A stretch of DNA of 59,832 bases, the filler included, from Sphacelaria rigidula (lineage: Eukaryota), in the NCBI GenBank assembly GCA_964200075.2. It is 8 parts of 8 records of this genome, joined end to end, with 100 filler letters (N's around TTAATTAATTAA, not from the genome) between each part and the next. Parts side by side here need not be neighbours in the genome. Positions count along the whole stretch, not along the records: positions 22,477 to 29,868 come from CAXNAA020015130.1; positions 29,969 to 37,359 come from CAXNAA020015131.1; 6 more parts are not named here. The stretch is one strand, 5' to 3'. Of this stretch, positions 26,086 to 37,177 are shown piece by piece. A model generated the notes under the pieces. That model was not told the origin of the DNA and did not search any database. It saw only the letters and a list, made by a program, of their open reading frames with translations. The position numbers and the translations under genes were made by a program. Position 1 is the stretch's first letter. Each line of letters begins with the position of its first letter.

Positions 26086-29000
26086 ATGTCGCACAAAAAT
26101 AACGCTGGCTCTTCCCCTCAATTGGGAAACCAACCGCTTCGCCGGACCCGGAGTCAAACTACTGGCGGTTCGAAATCTTTCAAGATGAGCGGCACGCCAC
26201 CTTCAACATATCGCCTCACGTATGCGAGCGCTGTTCGTTCTTCGGGATCTGAAGACCAACATTCGAGCGAAGCTCATTCTTCAACACTTAAAGACCAGAC
26301 TTTGACACCGAGACCTGTTCTCTCACGTTCCGACTCGGACCCAGAAAACATGGTAGTGCACCCGGCCGAGTCATTGGTTCCTGACGCGGTCAGTGAGCCC
26401 ATAACGGTGGATTCCGTCGCACACCCCTCGCTGGCCCCTGCTCTCCCGAATCCCAATGTGGAATCCGGAGTTAGGATTGTGCCCTCAGTCGAGTCGTTGC
26501 CCCTGGACACACGTGTCCAGCTCGGCCCTGTCACGGTTGCTTCAACCGTGGCACCCCGTCGCTTGACGGCTGACAACTCTCGAGACGATTCTGTCCCGAC
26601 GAAGCGCATCGCTTCTGGAGCAAGAGACTTTGTCACACGGGCTGCTTCCGTTACGGACCCCCTTCGCACGACTCTTGATAGTCCCATGCGCCCTCCTGCG
26701 CAGTCCAATGTCAGACCTGCAGTTGCGGCCATGCATGCTGCCATGCAAACTCTGCATCGCACTTCCTCGGCGTCGTCGCCATCGCCAGCGCCAGCTCTCA
26801 TCGAGGCATTTACGGCTTTTTGCCACGCCACGCTCGAAGACCAGTCGGCGTCTGCTCACGTGTAATTCAATGATGTTTCTGCACCTGCCACGCCCAAACT
26901 CGTACGTCTGGCGACCCGTTCGGTGACATCGCGTCCTCCGTTCGTCACTCATGATAAACTCAACGAACATGAGTCCAGCCCTTCCTCAACGTCGCAGCAG
27001 AGCCATACTCGCGCTTCTGACCGGCGCCGCACACCGAGACTTGGTCATGATCATGTCTCCCGTTCTAGCAGTTCTAAGGGTCACTCCCAGCAAAGCTTGA
27101 ATTCATCGCGCGCTTCCACACGCCCGAAAAACATCGCTCATGGACACAAATATGACGGTAGTTCACGCCATTGTTCCGATTCATCTCGCGCTCCGAGGCG
27201 CCCGGTGAATGCTACCCATGGCCGTACTCACGAGGATGCCTTGCGGCCCAGATAAAGTTCTTCGCGCGTTAACTCGCGCCCGAACAACTCCGATCATGCA
27301 CCTTCGCGCATGTCTACTGCTCAGCCTTTGTCACACAACCGTCATTTACGCAATGATAACACTGTACATGCTGACGATATCCAAAACATATTTTCGGACA
27401 TATCACCGGCTTCGGAATCCTCAATTTCAGGATCCGACCGCACCTCATCGCACAACCAACGACAACGCACGGACCGCGAACCACCGTCCCGTTCCGACGC
27501 TGCGCTTATTCGTTCTCTGCAACAACGTTTGACATATCTTGAACGACAACTCGCAACAGCAACCATGGGCACCAAGTGCACTACCGCTGCTGCTAAGCCT
27601 ACGAGGGAGACCACCAACGCCGCTCCTGCTACCGCCGCAGCCGCCATTACCGTGATCACTGCGCCTTCTGCCGCAGCCACTGCAGCCACGACCCCAACTC
27701 CTGCTGCCGCCCAGCCTGCAGTAGACGTAGATGCGGATAGTGGTCCCACCACTGGCCCTGTCGGGGACGTCTCCGTGCGCTCGCCTCCTTCGGTGGAGGA
27801 TCTTCCTCCGCTCGGCGACGAGCATTGCCCCACCGGGCTTCTCTTGAGATTATTCCAGGACCGCTCCCGCGCGTAACAAGAACAGCTCATTCGTGACTAT
27901 GCGTTCCAAGCCCCGGTGCTAGCTCGCAACATACTAGACCAGCAACGCAATGCTGACGAGGCTGCCGCCCGCCTTCTTTTGGAGGAACATGCTGCCAAGC
28001 TGAAGGATTTTCAGCGACAGGCTTCACTTGCCCAAGCCACCAAGACGGCGGCGCACAGGGCATTGCAGGAAGGGTAGACTGCAGCCTTGACGGCACAAAG
28101 GAGGGTTCACGAGCTACAAGATCATGTTCGGCGCACTTCGCAAGAAGCCGATTCGTCGATAGCGCGGGTGACTCACTATCAAGGCTCCTCGCCGTCTTCC
28201 GCCGACCACTTGCTTGAAGCTCGACCTCCTTGACAGCCCACGCCCGCGAGGTCGGACTACGTGATACCACGTAAGTCCGATAGGGCGTCATCTGTCGCGG
28301 CCGCCGCCGCCCTCACGCCGCCTTGTGCACCTGGCCCGGCGGTCACTGCCAGCCCCACCACACGCTTGCAACCTGCATCACACGAACGAGTGTGGCTTTC
28401 TCGGTCTGCGGCCGATTATACTGGCCCCTTTCACCGAAACAATTACCTGCACTGTTCCCGCCATGCTTGGAACACCATATCCCAACGCATGCTAGCCGTT
28501 ATTGGTGGCTACGTGGAACAGGGCGGCTTCTTCCTGGACGCCGGCGTGTCGGCGATCACCTTTGGCCAACTGGTCCTCCAGGCGACAATCGGCGATAGTC
28601 CGCATCTCCACCGGTACGTCGACACTGTCACCAACCTTTTTGCGGCGCTACGCGCCGCTTCTACCTCTGATCCCGTCGCGACTCTCCCCGGCGATAACGA
28701 AGATGAGGATGGGTGGACCACCACGACCTCCAATTGCCGGGGTCACAAGAAGAACCACCGTCGCGATGACGATGACAACAATGGCGGGAAATCATGCCGC
28801 CGCCATGACGGCGGAGGATCCTTTTCGGGCGGCTCTGGATCAAACCGCCCGCCCCGCAAGCCGAAAGGCAAGCACACCGGAGGCAACTCTTCCGGATCAT
28901 CCGCATCGGCCTGGAACCGGTCCGGTGCAGCTCTTCCCGCCTCGAGCTCGGAGACCCCCAGGCAAGTGGTTCCTAAGTTGACTGATTTTTCGGCCCGCAT

Positions 29001-29868
29001 TTTAGCTTTGTCCGATACGGATACACCTGACCGTCCTTTGTCTTCTACTGCAGCCCGCGCTCTAGCAACCGCCGCGGCTGACAAAGAACGTTCGGAAGCT
29101 AGCAAAAAATCAGTTTCCGATAGAGCTGAGTCTGCCCGAGTAGCTGCAATACAAAGACAGTATATTCAGATGGATGTGAAAAAACTCTGGCACATCAAAA
29201 CCATGCCTGCCGCGAATAACGAAGAATCGGGCTAGTTTACTTCTGCCCTCATCACGTCGATCCGCCGCACTGTTTGTAACATCCTCACTTGGCAGATGTG
29301 ACTGGCACACAACGTTTGGAAGATTCCGACTGGGAAGAGGGCTGGCAGACCCCCTTGCACAAAACAATGCATCGATCGATCAACCGCCGCTCTCCCGACC
29401 TCGCTGCTTCTTTGACGCAGGTTCTCGACAGATTCCTCGCCGAGGTGGACCCGGATCGTGCCAAGGGGAAGACAGGCCCGATATTACTCTCTGGTTTGGA
29501 GAAGTGTCTGATCGGTAACTTCGATGAAAGTGACTAGGCTAGTGCCATCCAGAGGCTGAGTTCCTTTGTTGTCGCCTCTGGTGCCCCTTTCGCGGACTAT
29601 CTCCGCGAATTCAAGCTTTTGGTTTCGGGTACGACGGGAGTCGGACGTCAGAACGGACCGAGTGACGCAATGTGTCAGTCTTACATCCGCAATAGCGTTG
29701 CTCAACAGTATCCGACTCTGATGCCGTCGTTGTTTCCGGGTGTCTTGGCGCATCGCGAGGTGCCTTACGCCTCCGTTGATACTATGTGGTCTGCTTTTGT
29801 ACACCAAGAGGGTAATCTAACGCCTGCCATACGTGGCAAACCTTCAACGTCTGTGCGTTCACAACCTA
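26086..29868 (+). pseudogene. Long gag-like retroelement ORF (LTR Ty3/gypsy or DIRS/Ngaro type), disabled and truncated by contig end
   Basis: One intronless frame from ATG 26086 to ~29296, interrupted by 6 stops, then a frameshift and 1 more stop. Contains a S/P-rich N-terminus, a coiled coil and a C-terminal LSSFVVASGAPFADYLREF...QQYPTLMPSLFPG...MWSAF block, which I recall from brown-algal repeat ORFs. Confidence 0.6.
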
Positions 29869-30024
29869 NNNNNNNNNNNNNNNNNNNNNNNNNNNNNNNN
29901 NNNNNNNNNNNNTTAATTAATTAANNNNNNNNNNNNNNNNNNNNNNNNNNNNNNNNNNNNNNNNNNNNGGGGGGGGGGCCGCGGGGGTCGGCCGCGCGCC
30001 GGGGGGGGGGGGGGGGGGGGGGGG

Positions 30025-30220
30025 CGTACTCATTTGTTCCATACCTCCGTCGTTTGACCGTTGACCACGCATCCCTTTCAAGACGGAGCAAGGGGGAGGA
30101 GGGAGGCGTACTCAGGCAAGCAACAAATGAGCACGCCCCCTTCCTTCCCCTTCCTCCGTCTTGAAGGGGATGCGTGGTCAACGGTCTAGCGACGAAGGCG
30201 ATGAACAAATGAGTACGCTC
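30025..30220. mobile_element. Cluster of three LINE 3'-tail fragments (30025-30090 -, ~30110-30140 +, ~30155-30220 +)
   Basis: Consensus CCGTCTCGAAAGGGATGCGTGGTCAATGGTCAGACGACTAAGGCAAGCAACAAATGAGTAC (SRKGCVVNGQTTKASNK*). Other copies at 14761-14789, 22477-22540, 31020-31102, 38007-38066 and 44788-44850. Confidence 0.75.
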
Positions 30221-30234
30221 TCCCCCCCCACCCC

Positions 30235-30800
30235 CTGGTCCGGTGAGAACCCGGGGTGCTCCGTCCCGGCTTTGAAGGGGCGGATCCCCGATGGGCTTGG
30301 CGTCGATTGGCAACTATGCTCTAAAATACGCCACTCACTGCGTAAGCTACGCAACCAGGTTACCGATTATTGTTTGCGCGCTCGCGCTTTTTTTTTTCGC
30401 GGGAACCATAATGGTGGTCGAGCTAGATCATGATATGTATGCGGCGTGGGAAAACCTAAACTCCGCACAATGGGGATGATCGTACTACGTAGTGTTTGAA
30501 TGGAGAGACACCCATAAGGCAGTGTGTAAGCCGTGGTTGTCTCTGGAAGTGGCGATACCAGACAAGAAAGCAACTCATTGGAGGCTGTCATCCAAATGCA
30601 AGATAATCAGTCGACTCCGGGCCGAACAATCTTAGCAAGATGCAGCTTACCCTTCATGCGACTCGCCGAACACCCCACGACGCTTCGCGCTTGGTGATTG
30701 CCTGGTCCGGCGGAAACCCGGCGTGCTCCGTCCCGGCTTTGTAAGGATGCAAGGCCAATGGTCTCATGACTGCGGCATGCATGATCATGAGTACACCCCC
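30235..30800 (+). mobile_element. ~570-bp non-coding interspersed element (SINE/TRIM-like) with LINE-homologous 3' tail
   Basis: Near-full inverse copy at 32287-32794; partial copies at 7500-7600, 37299-37359 and 57130-57320. 45-bp internal direct repeat. Ends ATGAGTAC + C run. Confidence 0.8.
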
Positions 30801-32111
30801 CTACCACCACCAGTAAGACCAGCACAAGGGTCACGGTCCACATGCCCCAGGGCTTGACGTCCTGGGACAGTACGTGTGCCGGTACGTTATGCCATAGATC
30901 TGACTTTAATCGTCCTCATGTGTTGGCAGTTGTGGGTTTGGAGAACGCGAGGAGCCACGGCCCAGCGGCATAAATACACAGAGAGAACGGTACACATACA
31001 ATATGACGACGGTATCTAGGAGTAGGATCGGTGCTCCGTCTCGAAAGGGATGCGCGGTCGATGGTCAAACGACTACTAGAGGGCAAACGACAAATGAGCA
31101 CGAGCTGGACCAGCCAACAGTGGGTAGCTTTCTCGCTCAGGCGACGCGCGGCGTGAAATTAGGAGTTGGACGCTGAAATTTTGACAGCAGCTTTTTGTGA
31201 TCGACATGCACAACATCCCGAGAGCAGAAAATAAGGAAAAAAAAAAGAAAAAAAAGGAAGTTATGAGGATTTGAAATTCCAGCAACAACAAGATAATGTC
31301 ATGAGTCCAGGAAAAAAATGAGAATCTGCAGCTGCTCACGGGATGTATTATTTCCCTTGGGTGCAGAAGGTCTTCCTGAAATTTCAGCTCAAGAGTCGTC
31401 GAATTGGGCCGTGCGTGCAACGTTTTGCGCGACGCTGCTGCACCCCACATATGGCCAGTGCGGGGTGATTGCTGACGTGAACCCACCGCATTAAAACAAA
31501 AAAAACGCACCCCGACACGCTATCGCCCAACGATACAAGACGCACCCCGTATTCTATGCAGTACATTAGCGTCATCGGCAATACGACGCCAATCGAACAG
31601 CGACGCAGTCCTCTGTCATCAGGTGGGTCTGCAGTTCGCAGTGATATATATATATATATGCTTATATCGGATTCATTCGGGAAACTGGGAAAGCTGTGGT
31701 GTGGGCAACGTTTAGCCGCTTTGAAGCTGGCTCAGCTCGTACGCCTCCCCGAAAAATCCAATCGAGAGGATCAAACCCATGCATACATTTTCTTTCTTGC
31801 CTGTTTTTCTCTCAGTGTGATTACTTACTCTGTCCGTTTTATCTTTTATGTTTCGCTTTACTGGATAATGACAAATCACGGCTACATCCATGGAGGATCG
31901 GTTCAAGTGCGACAATCAAACAAGCGATGGATCGATCTATCAAATCCTTGTCCGACGTGATCCTACTTGCACACGCAAAACACAAGAAAAAAAAGTTCCG
32001 AGAAATGATCTTTCAGGATCAGCTCATGAACGAACGCACACGGACACACGCATGGCCAGCAGCAAAACTAAACGAGGCAGGGAAAACATGGACAGAGGCA
32101 GCGGGAATATA

Positions 32112-32146
<35 letters not shown>

Positions 32147-32232
32147 CGTTTGTGTGCCCGGGGGGAAAGACGAGTGGGTTTGCATCCGACANNNNNNNNN
32201 NGACAAAAAAAGAAAAGAAGGAGGGGGGGGGG

Positions 32233-32286
<54 letters not shown>

Positions 32287-32287
<1 letters not shown>

Positions 32288-32794
32288 GCACTCATGATCT
32301 TGCATGCCATAGTCGTAAGACCAGTGGTCTTGCATCCCTACAAAGCCGGAACGGGGCACGCCGGGTTTTCGCCGGGCCAGGCTCACAATCAATCACCAGG
32401 AGCGAAGCGCCGTGGTGTGTTCGGCGCGTCGCATGAAGGGTGAGCTGCATCCTGCTAAGATTGTTCGGCCTGAACCCTACTGATTATCTTGCATTTGGAT
32501 GGAAGCCAACAAATGAGTTACTTCATTTTCTGGTATCGCCACTTCCAGAGACAGCCACGGCGTATACACTGCCCCATGAGTGTCTCACCATTTAAACGCG
32601 ACGCGGTACGATCATCTCCTTTGCGCGGAGGTAAGGTTCACCCACGCCGCACAACATGATCTAGCTCGACCACCATTATGGGGACCGCAAAAACAAAAAC
32701 GCAAGCGCGCAAAAAACATCGGCAACCTGGTTGCCTGGTGTACGCAGTGCGTGGCGTGTTGTACAGCGTCATCGCGAACCGACACCAACCCCAT
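32287..32794 (-). mobile_element. Second copy of the ~570-bp element (5'-truncated), 3' end abutting a >60-nt C tract
   Basis: Reverse complement aligns along 30290-30795. G run at 32221-32286. Confidence 0.8.
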
Positions 32795-32940
32795 AGGAGG
32801 ATAAAAAGAGAGAGAAGGAAAACATAACCGTGTTCATGAAGCGAGGATACGGAGGGCGCTTGAGATACATTCGCCCACGGACGAAGCTGAGCACGTAGTG
32901 GAGATCGCGCGAAGCTACAGGGGAACGATTGTCCCTTTAC

Positions 32941-33015
32941 CTGAGTGAGATGGCGAACCTTGGTGTCACGTATGCTTCGCAGGAGGTCCTTCGCACCCGT
33001 GAAACCGTAGATTGC
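32941..33015 (-). CDS. FBH1: FBH1/UvrD-like DNA helicase exon (AIYGFTGAKDLLRSIRDTKVRHLTQ)
   Basis: ttcag| acceptor and cag|gtaaag donor. Joins the upstream exon to give motif III VGDSHQ-AIYGFTGA and ends at LTQ before the expected SFRF. Confidence 0.8.
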
Positions 33016-33126
33016 CTGAAGCGAGACGAAAATAGTAATAAAGATTAAGCACCACAAATCGTATAACGTGAATTTCGCAAGGGTCGGACAAACTGAACAT
33101 GTCGGCGACGACGATCTTCCGACTTA

Positions 33127-33152
33127 ACAACAGCAACAGCAGCAACAGCAGC

Positions 33153-33204
<52 letters not shown>

Positions 33205-33237
33205 GCAGCAGCAGCAGCAGCAGCAACGACAGCAACA
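33127..33237. repeat. (CAA/CAG)n microsatellite, intronic
   Basis: ~37 CAA/CAG triplets. Confidence 0.95.
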
Positions 33238-33301
33238 AATAGGCCGTATCTCTCTCGCTTCCTCGGGCTAGGACGGTGACAATATATCAGTAATGTTTAC
33301 C

Positions 33302-33605
33302 GGCGTTGGGCTAAAATAGGCCCATGGTTGATAGTACTTGATTCGATTGTGAGCAACGAGAATCGGATCTTTGTTAGGGTTGACAGTCCCGTGTGCTCCT
33401 TTCGCGTGTGCAGAACGCGTTTTCGTTCAAATCGGCGCCACAGGCGCCGATGTGGGGTCTACCAAGGCCGCACGTTGCATTGGGAACGCCATGCATTTCT
33501 CTTGCCCAAGGGTTTTCGGTATGCCTTGGGTTGGGGTTAGGGTTGATAGGGGCGATGATAGTTGTAAAAATGTGTCGAATCATAGGCATGTTTTAGCCCA
33601 ACGCC
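33302..33605. mobile_element. MITE with GGCGTTGGGCTAAAA terminal inverted repeats (Harbinger/Tourist-like)
   Basis: Perfect 15-bp TIR extending imperfectly to ~30 bp. Internal GGGTTGGGGTTAGGGTT, with a related segment at ~17480-17575. No clear TSD. Confidence 0.65.
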
Positions 33606-33982
33606 TCACCAGCCTCCAAAAGATACAACACTGGTCGGAAGAAAAAGGAAAAAAAGAAGATCGCTTTCCTCTCACCGGGGTGGTCCATGTCGCCCACATC
33701 TACACACAGGAGGGTACCCATGTATCCACTTAATCTCGACGGCGAACTAGTACGTTACTCGAAAAACAACGCGGTCTGTTCGGGAAAAAGGTTATGCAGA
33801 GGCTCCCATAACGCGTTGGGAGGCATGGACCTGTTTCCACTGACAACGGTACTATCGCAGGGGCTACATACGGAGTATAACACCCCATGGGGGAAACGAA
33901 ACACGTAACCTCCATTTTTTCTTGTCACATCGCGACGGTGAAGGCGATGCCGTCGGATACGGCATTGTCAGTACACATCACC

Positions 33983-34372
33983 GGCCGGTCGGCCCCGGTG
34001 GCTCAGCTGCTAACCTCGAAGCCTTTTGACGGTTCGGGTGCAGGTTCGAATCTCGGTGAAGTAAGAGTGATGCTCATCAGTGGAGAACAACCATGTCGTA
34101 TGTGTACGAAGTTCGAGTTTACGGTCGACGAGGGGAAAAGGACTGCTGGATCTCCCTCGCGGTGAACAGAAAGCCTTGCACCGCAGAAGGAAGGAAGGTG
34201 GAGTACTATAAAAAAACAAACAGAAAATGTAGAAAAAAAATATCATGCGTATTGACCATCCTCCTGTGTGACCCCGACTGATGCGCCCAGATGTATTGAA
34301 GGGTGTTGTAGACTGGCGTCCAGAACAGGTGTCATGACAACACACACTCACACACTCACTCACACACACACG
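33983..34372 (+). mobile_element. tRNA-derived SINE with (CA)n tail
   Basis: A-box GTGGCTCAGCTG (33998), B-box GGTTCGAATCTC (34043), ends ...ATGACAACACACAC. Second copy at 39060-39470 (-). Confidence 0.8.
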
Positions 34373-34689
34373 CCCAGGCCAATCGGCTTCACAACACGGG
34401 GTAGACTCTCGGCCGACAGTATCATACCGACAGAGTCATTCCATGGTAGGATTGCACAAGACATTTCTCAGGTTGAATTGTTAGGATACTATTTCGAACA
34501 AATATTAAAACGGCAATCTCCGGAGCCATATTCACGTACGAGTATATCGCAAAGCTTTAGGAGCCCCCCCCCCGGACGAAACACACCTGAGTCCGATTGC
34601 GCACACGTCGCACAGCCCATTTGATTTTTTTAATTTGATCGTCGAACTTTAACCGACCCCTACCCCATGAGCTACCTCATTGTTTTTTT

Positions 34690-34691
<2 letters not shown>

Positions 34692-34736
<45 letters not shown>

Positions 34737-34740
34737 TGTA
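34692..34740. repeat. (GT)n microsatellite
   Basis: Direct inspection. Confidence 0.95.
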
Positions 34741-35377
34741 CTGATTTCTGTACGCGTTAGTCTACTATGTTGTTCTGCTCAACTTTTTTTTTTCTCCCCG
34801 TGTTTTTTTTTTCTTCATCGAGTGAGTATTTCAGTTTTGTTGTGTCCTGGGTGCGTCTGAATCATGTCACAACGGCTAGATAGATCCCTTGGGGGGTTAG
34901 TCAATGAAATAAAGTAAAAAACACCGATCCGGATCATGAGCGAGCTCATTCGGCACGTTTTTTTTCCCCCATTTTTTCCCACTACAGAGCTAGATGCCGA
35001 GCATGCGGGGTAACGCAAAGGCAGCGTTCTGGCTTCTCAGACCCCGCTGTCACGTATCTAGTACCCCTGGACCTCGGATCTGAGGGTCCTCTCCGACCAC
35101 TTATTTTAACTGACTCATGAGCTGTCCGACATGGGTTATTGTGCGATACCTGCCGTAGCATGAACTCGACCGTAGATTGTAGATGGCGCCATCCACGGTG
35201 GTGGTACCTATCGTGGCAGCTGCTATACGGAGAATACCACCTGGATCGACAAAAGCATGCTGGGTCGATATCGCTCGTACAAGTTGCGGGGATGAAGGCT
35301 TGCGCTGTTCGATACGACACTACCGTGTACCACCACCGATATATTCGAGGGTGATCGGTATTTAAAAATGATAGTCA

Positions 35378-35455
35378 CGGGTACGTCTATCTTATGGATA
35401 ATAATGACCAGGGCTGGATCATGACCACTTAGGGGACAGTTCAAGTGCGACAATC
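35378..35455 (+). repeat. Short (~80-110 bp) interspersed repeat ending in (AATC)n-like tail, probable retroposon 3' end
   Basis: GGGTACGTCTATCTT..GATAATGACC..GGCTGGATC...GTTCAAGTGCGACAATCA. Related copies at ~31855-31935 (+), 34620-34670, 37812-37875, 49640-49748, 55120-55205 and 55690-55778 (-). Confidence 0.65.
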
Positions 35456-36242
35456 AGGCCTTGTCTTGGCACATTGGTTTTCGATTGAAATTGTGCGGTG
35501 GAAAGCAAAAATACCGATTTGATAGGTCATGATTTCAACCATCTCCAAAATTAACGACGATGGTTGATATTACGACCTTATCAGATCAGGATTTTTGTAT
35601 TCCATCGATCGCACTTTTTCGATCGAAAACTCATGTCCTTTGACACGGCCTCAAGCAATCAATCAAACGAACAAACAAACGAACAAACAATCTTCGACAC
35701 TGCCTCCGTGAAAAATGGTGATAATGATGTGCAATGGCAGCGCGAGGCGCTGTGCCATCCTTCCTCAGAGACGACGCATGATGGGTTTTTCTTCACCGCC
35801 CCGAGTCATCGAGGATCGAAGCCAATCCTAAACCAAGGTGGCTGGCTCGTGTACCGGGCCAAGCTAGAAAGCACAACAAAACTCGGTTACGTTTCCGTGT
35901 GCGAGAGGCCCGCACTACTGCACCCCGGACACGGCACACGCTGCGGGGGGCGTACTCATTTCATCACTCACTCACACGCTGCGGGGGGGGGGGCGGGGTG
36001 CCTGTACCCACATCACTCCCGAAAGACGGTATAACCACACTTTTGGGGTAATCGATGAACACGCTCACCTGCCCGAACAAATCGAAGGACGTACGCACAG
36101 TGCCTGACGAGCGTTTTCTCCCAGCCCGTTAAGATGACTTCAGGAAAAGAAAAAGTAACGTTCCGGGGAATCTGCTCAGTACCCTGTGGAACAGCGGCCT
36201 CAAGTTTCTGCTACGGTACGATACAACGTTTTTGCGGTTCAC

Positions 36243-36427
36243 CTGATGGCTGTCTCCGACGAGGATTCTGGCGCACTTGGTCTCTCTGAGCACGATGCTA
36301 GCGATGCAAGGGTTGCAGTCTTGGGCCTCGTCGAGCATGATCACGTCATACCCCGATCTACCGAGAGACGGAGCCTGTAGCTGAAAAATCTTCAGATATC
36401 CCGCGTGGGTCATGTGTAAGCCTAGCC
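36243..36427 (-). CDS. FBH1: FBH1 (FBXO18)-like UvrD superfamily-1 helicase exon
   Basis: MTHAGYLKIFQL..PSL...YDVIMLDEAQDCNP...ILVGDSHQ matches FBH1 MTHDGYLKLWQL...DEAQDC...VGDPHQ. cgcag| acceptor, cag|gtgaac donor. Confidence 0.88.
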
Positions 36428-36745
36428 CTGCGTGACATAATGAAAACAAAATGAAGACAGGAATGGTGATGAATCATCATCATCATCATCATCACCATCA
36501 TCATCAACAACAACAACAACACACAACACACAATAACCACGACCACGACGGAGAAACAGGGCAGAAAAGCACCGACGGCATTCTTTGCGCGTACAAAACA
36601 GCTCCACCCCCCTCTCACGCAGCTTTCCGGCCCCATCCTACCGTAGTTCGGGTTATACGCAGAATTTCACCTAGGGCGGTAAAGACACATAACCTTCAAT
36701 TTCTCAGAAACTGCGAAGGCCACGTTATGTCATCATGCACATCTA

Positions 36746-37177
36746 ACACGGGATTATACATATTAGAGATGGATTATTTTGGGGGGATGAGAACCCAGAG
36801 AATTAAAATCTTCGTATCCACACCAAATCTTAGAAGTATGCTTCCATCTCTTTACTTGCTGGTAGCTATTGACAACTACTATACGCCATATAAATTTGGA
36901 TTTCGAACCCCGAAATGTCGGGGTCCTAGGTCAAAAACCAATTTTGGGGTCCGATCGGATCACCTAAATCCCCCAAATTTTCCAAAACTTGTCTCCTAGG
37001 ACCCCGACATCTCGATTATCGAGATCCAAATTTGTATGGCGTATAGCAGTTGTCAATAGCTACCAGCAAGTGAAGAAATGGAACCAATGATTCGAAGATT
37101 TGGTCTGGATAAGAATATTTAAATTCTGCGGGGTCTCGTCCCCAATGAATAATCCATCCTCAATTTGTATCCCGTGT
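36746..37177. mobile_element. Foldback MITE with ~190-bp inverted arms, TA-flanked
   Basis: TA-ACACGGGAT ... ATCCCGTGT-TA. 36746-36932 is the reverse complement of 36995-37177. Same family at ~45150-45504. Confidence 0.8.

Noticed and set aside
26086-29868. Alternative genetic code (TAA/TAG = Gln) explaining the in-frame stops
   Set aside because: A TGA and a frameshift also interrupt the frame, and the host exons in the window contain no in-frame TAR codons.
32966-33238. Poly-Leu (or poly-Gln) ORF
   Set aside because: Translation of an intronic CAA/CAG microsatellite upstream of the real FBH1 exon.
33525-33545. GGGTTGGGGTTAGGGTT telomere-like motif (also ~19035 and ~17480)
   Set aside because: Only 2-3 imperfect units inside repeats; not a telomere.
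33983-34060. Possible tRNA gene
   Set aside because: A and B boxes are present but there is no convincing acceptor stem or anticodon arm, and it continues into a repeated body, so it is a SINE head.
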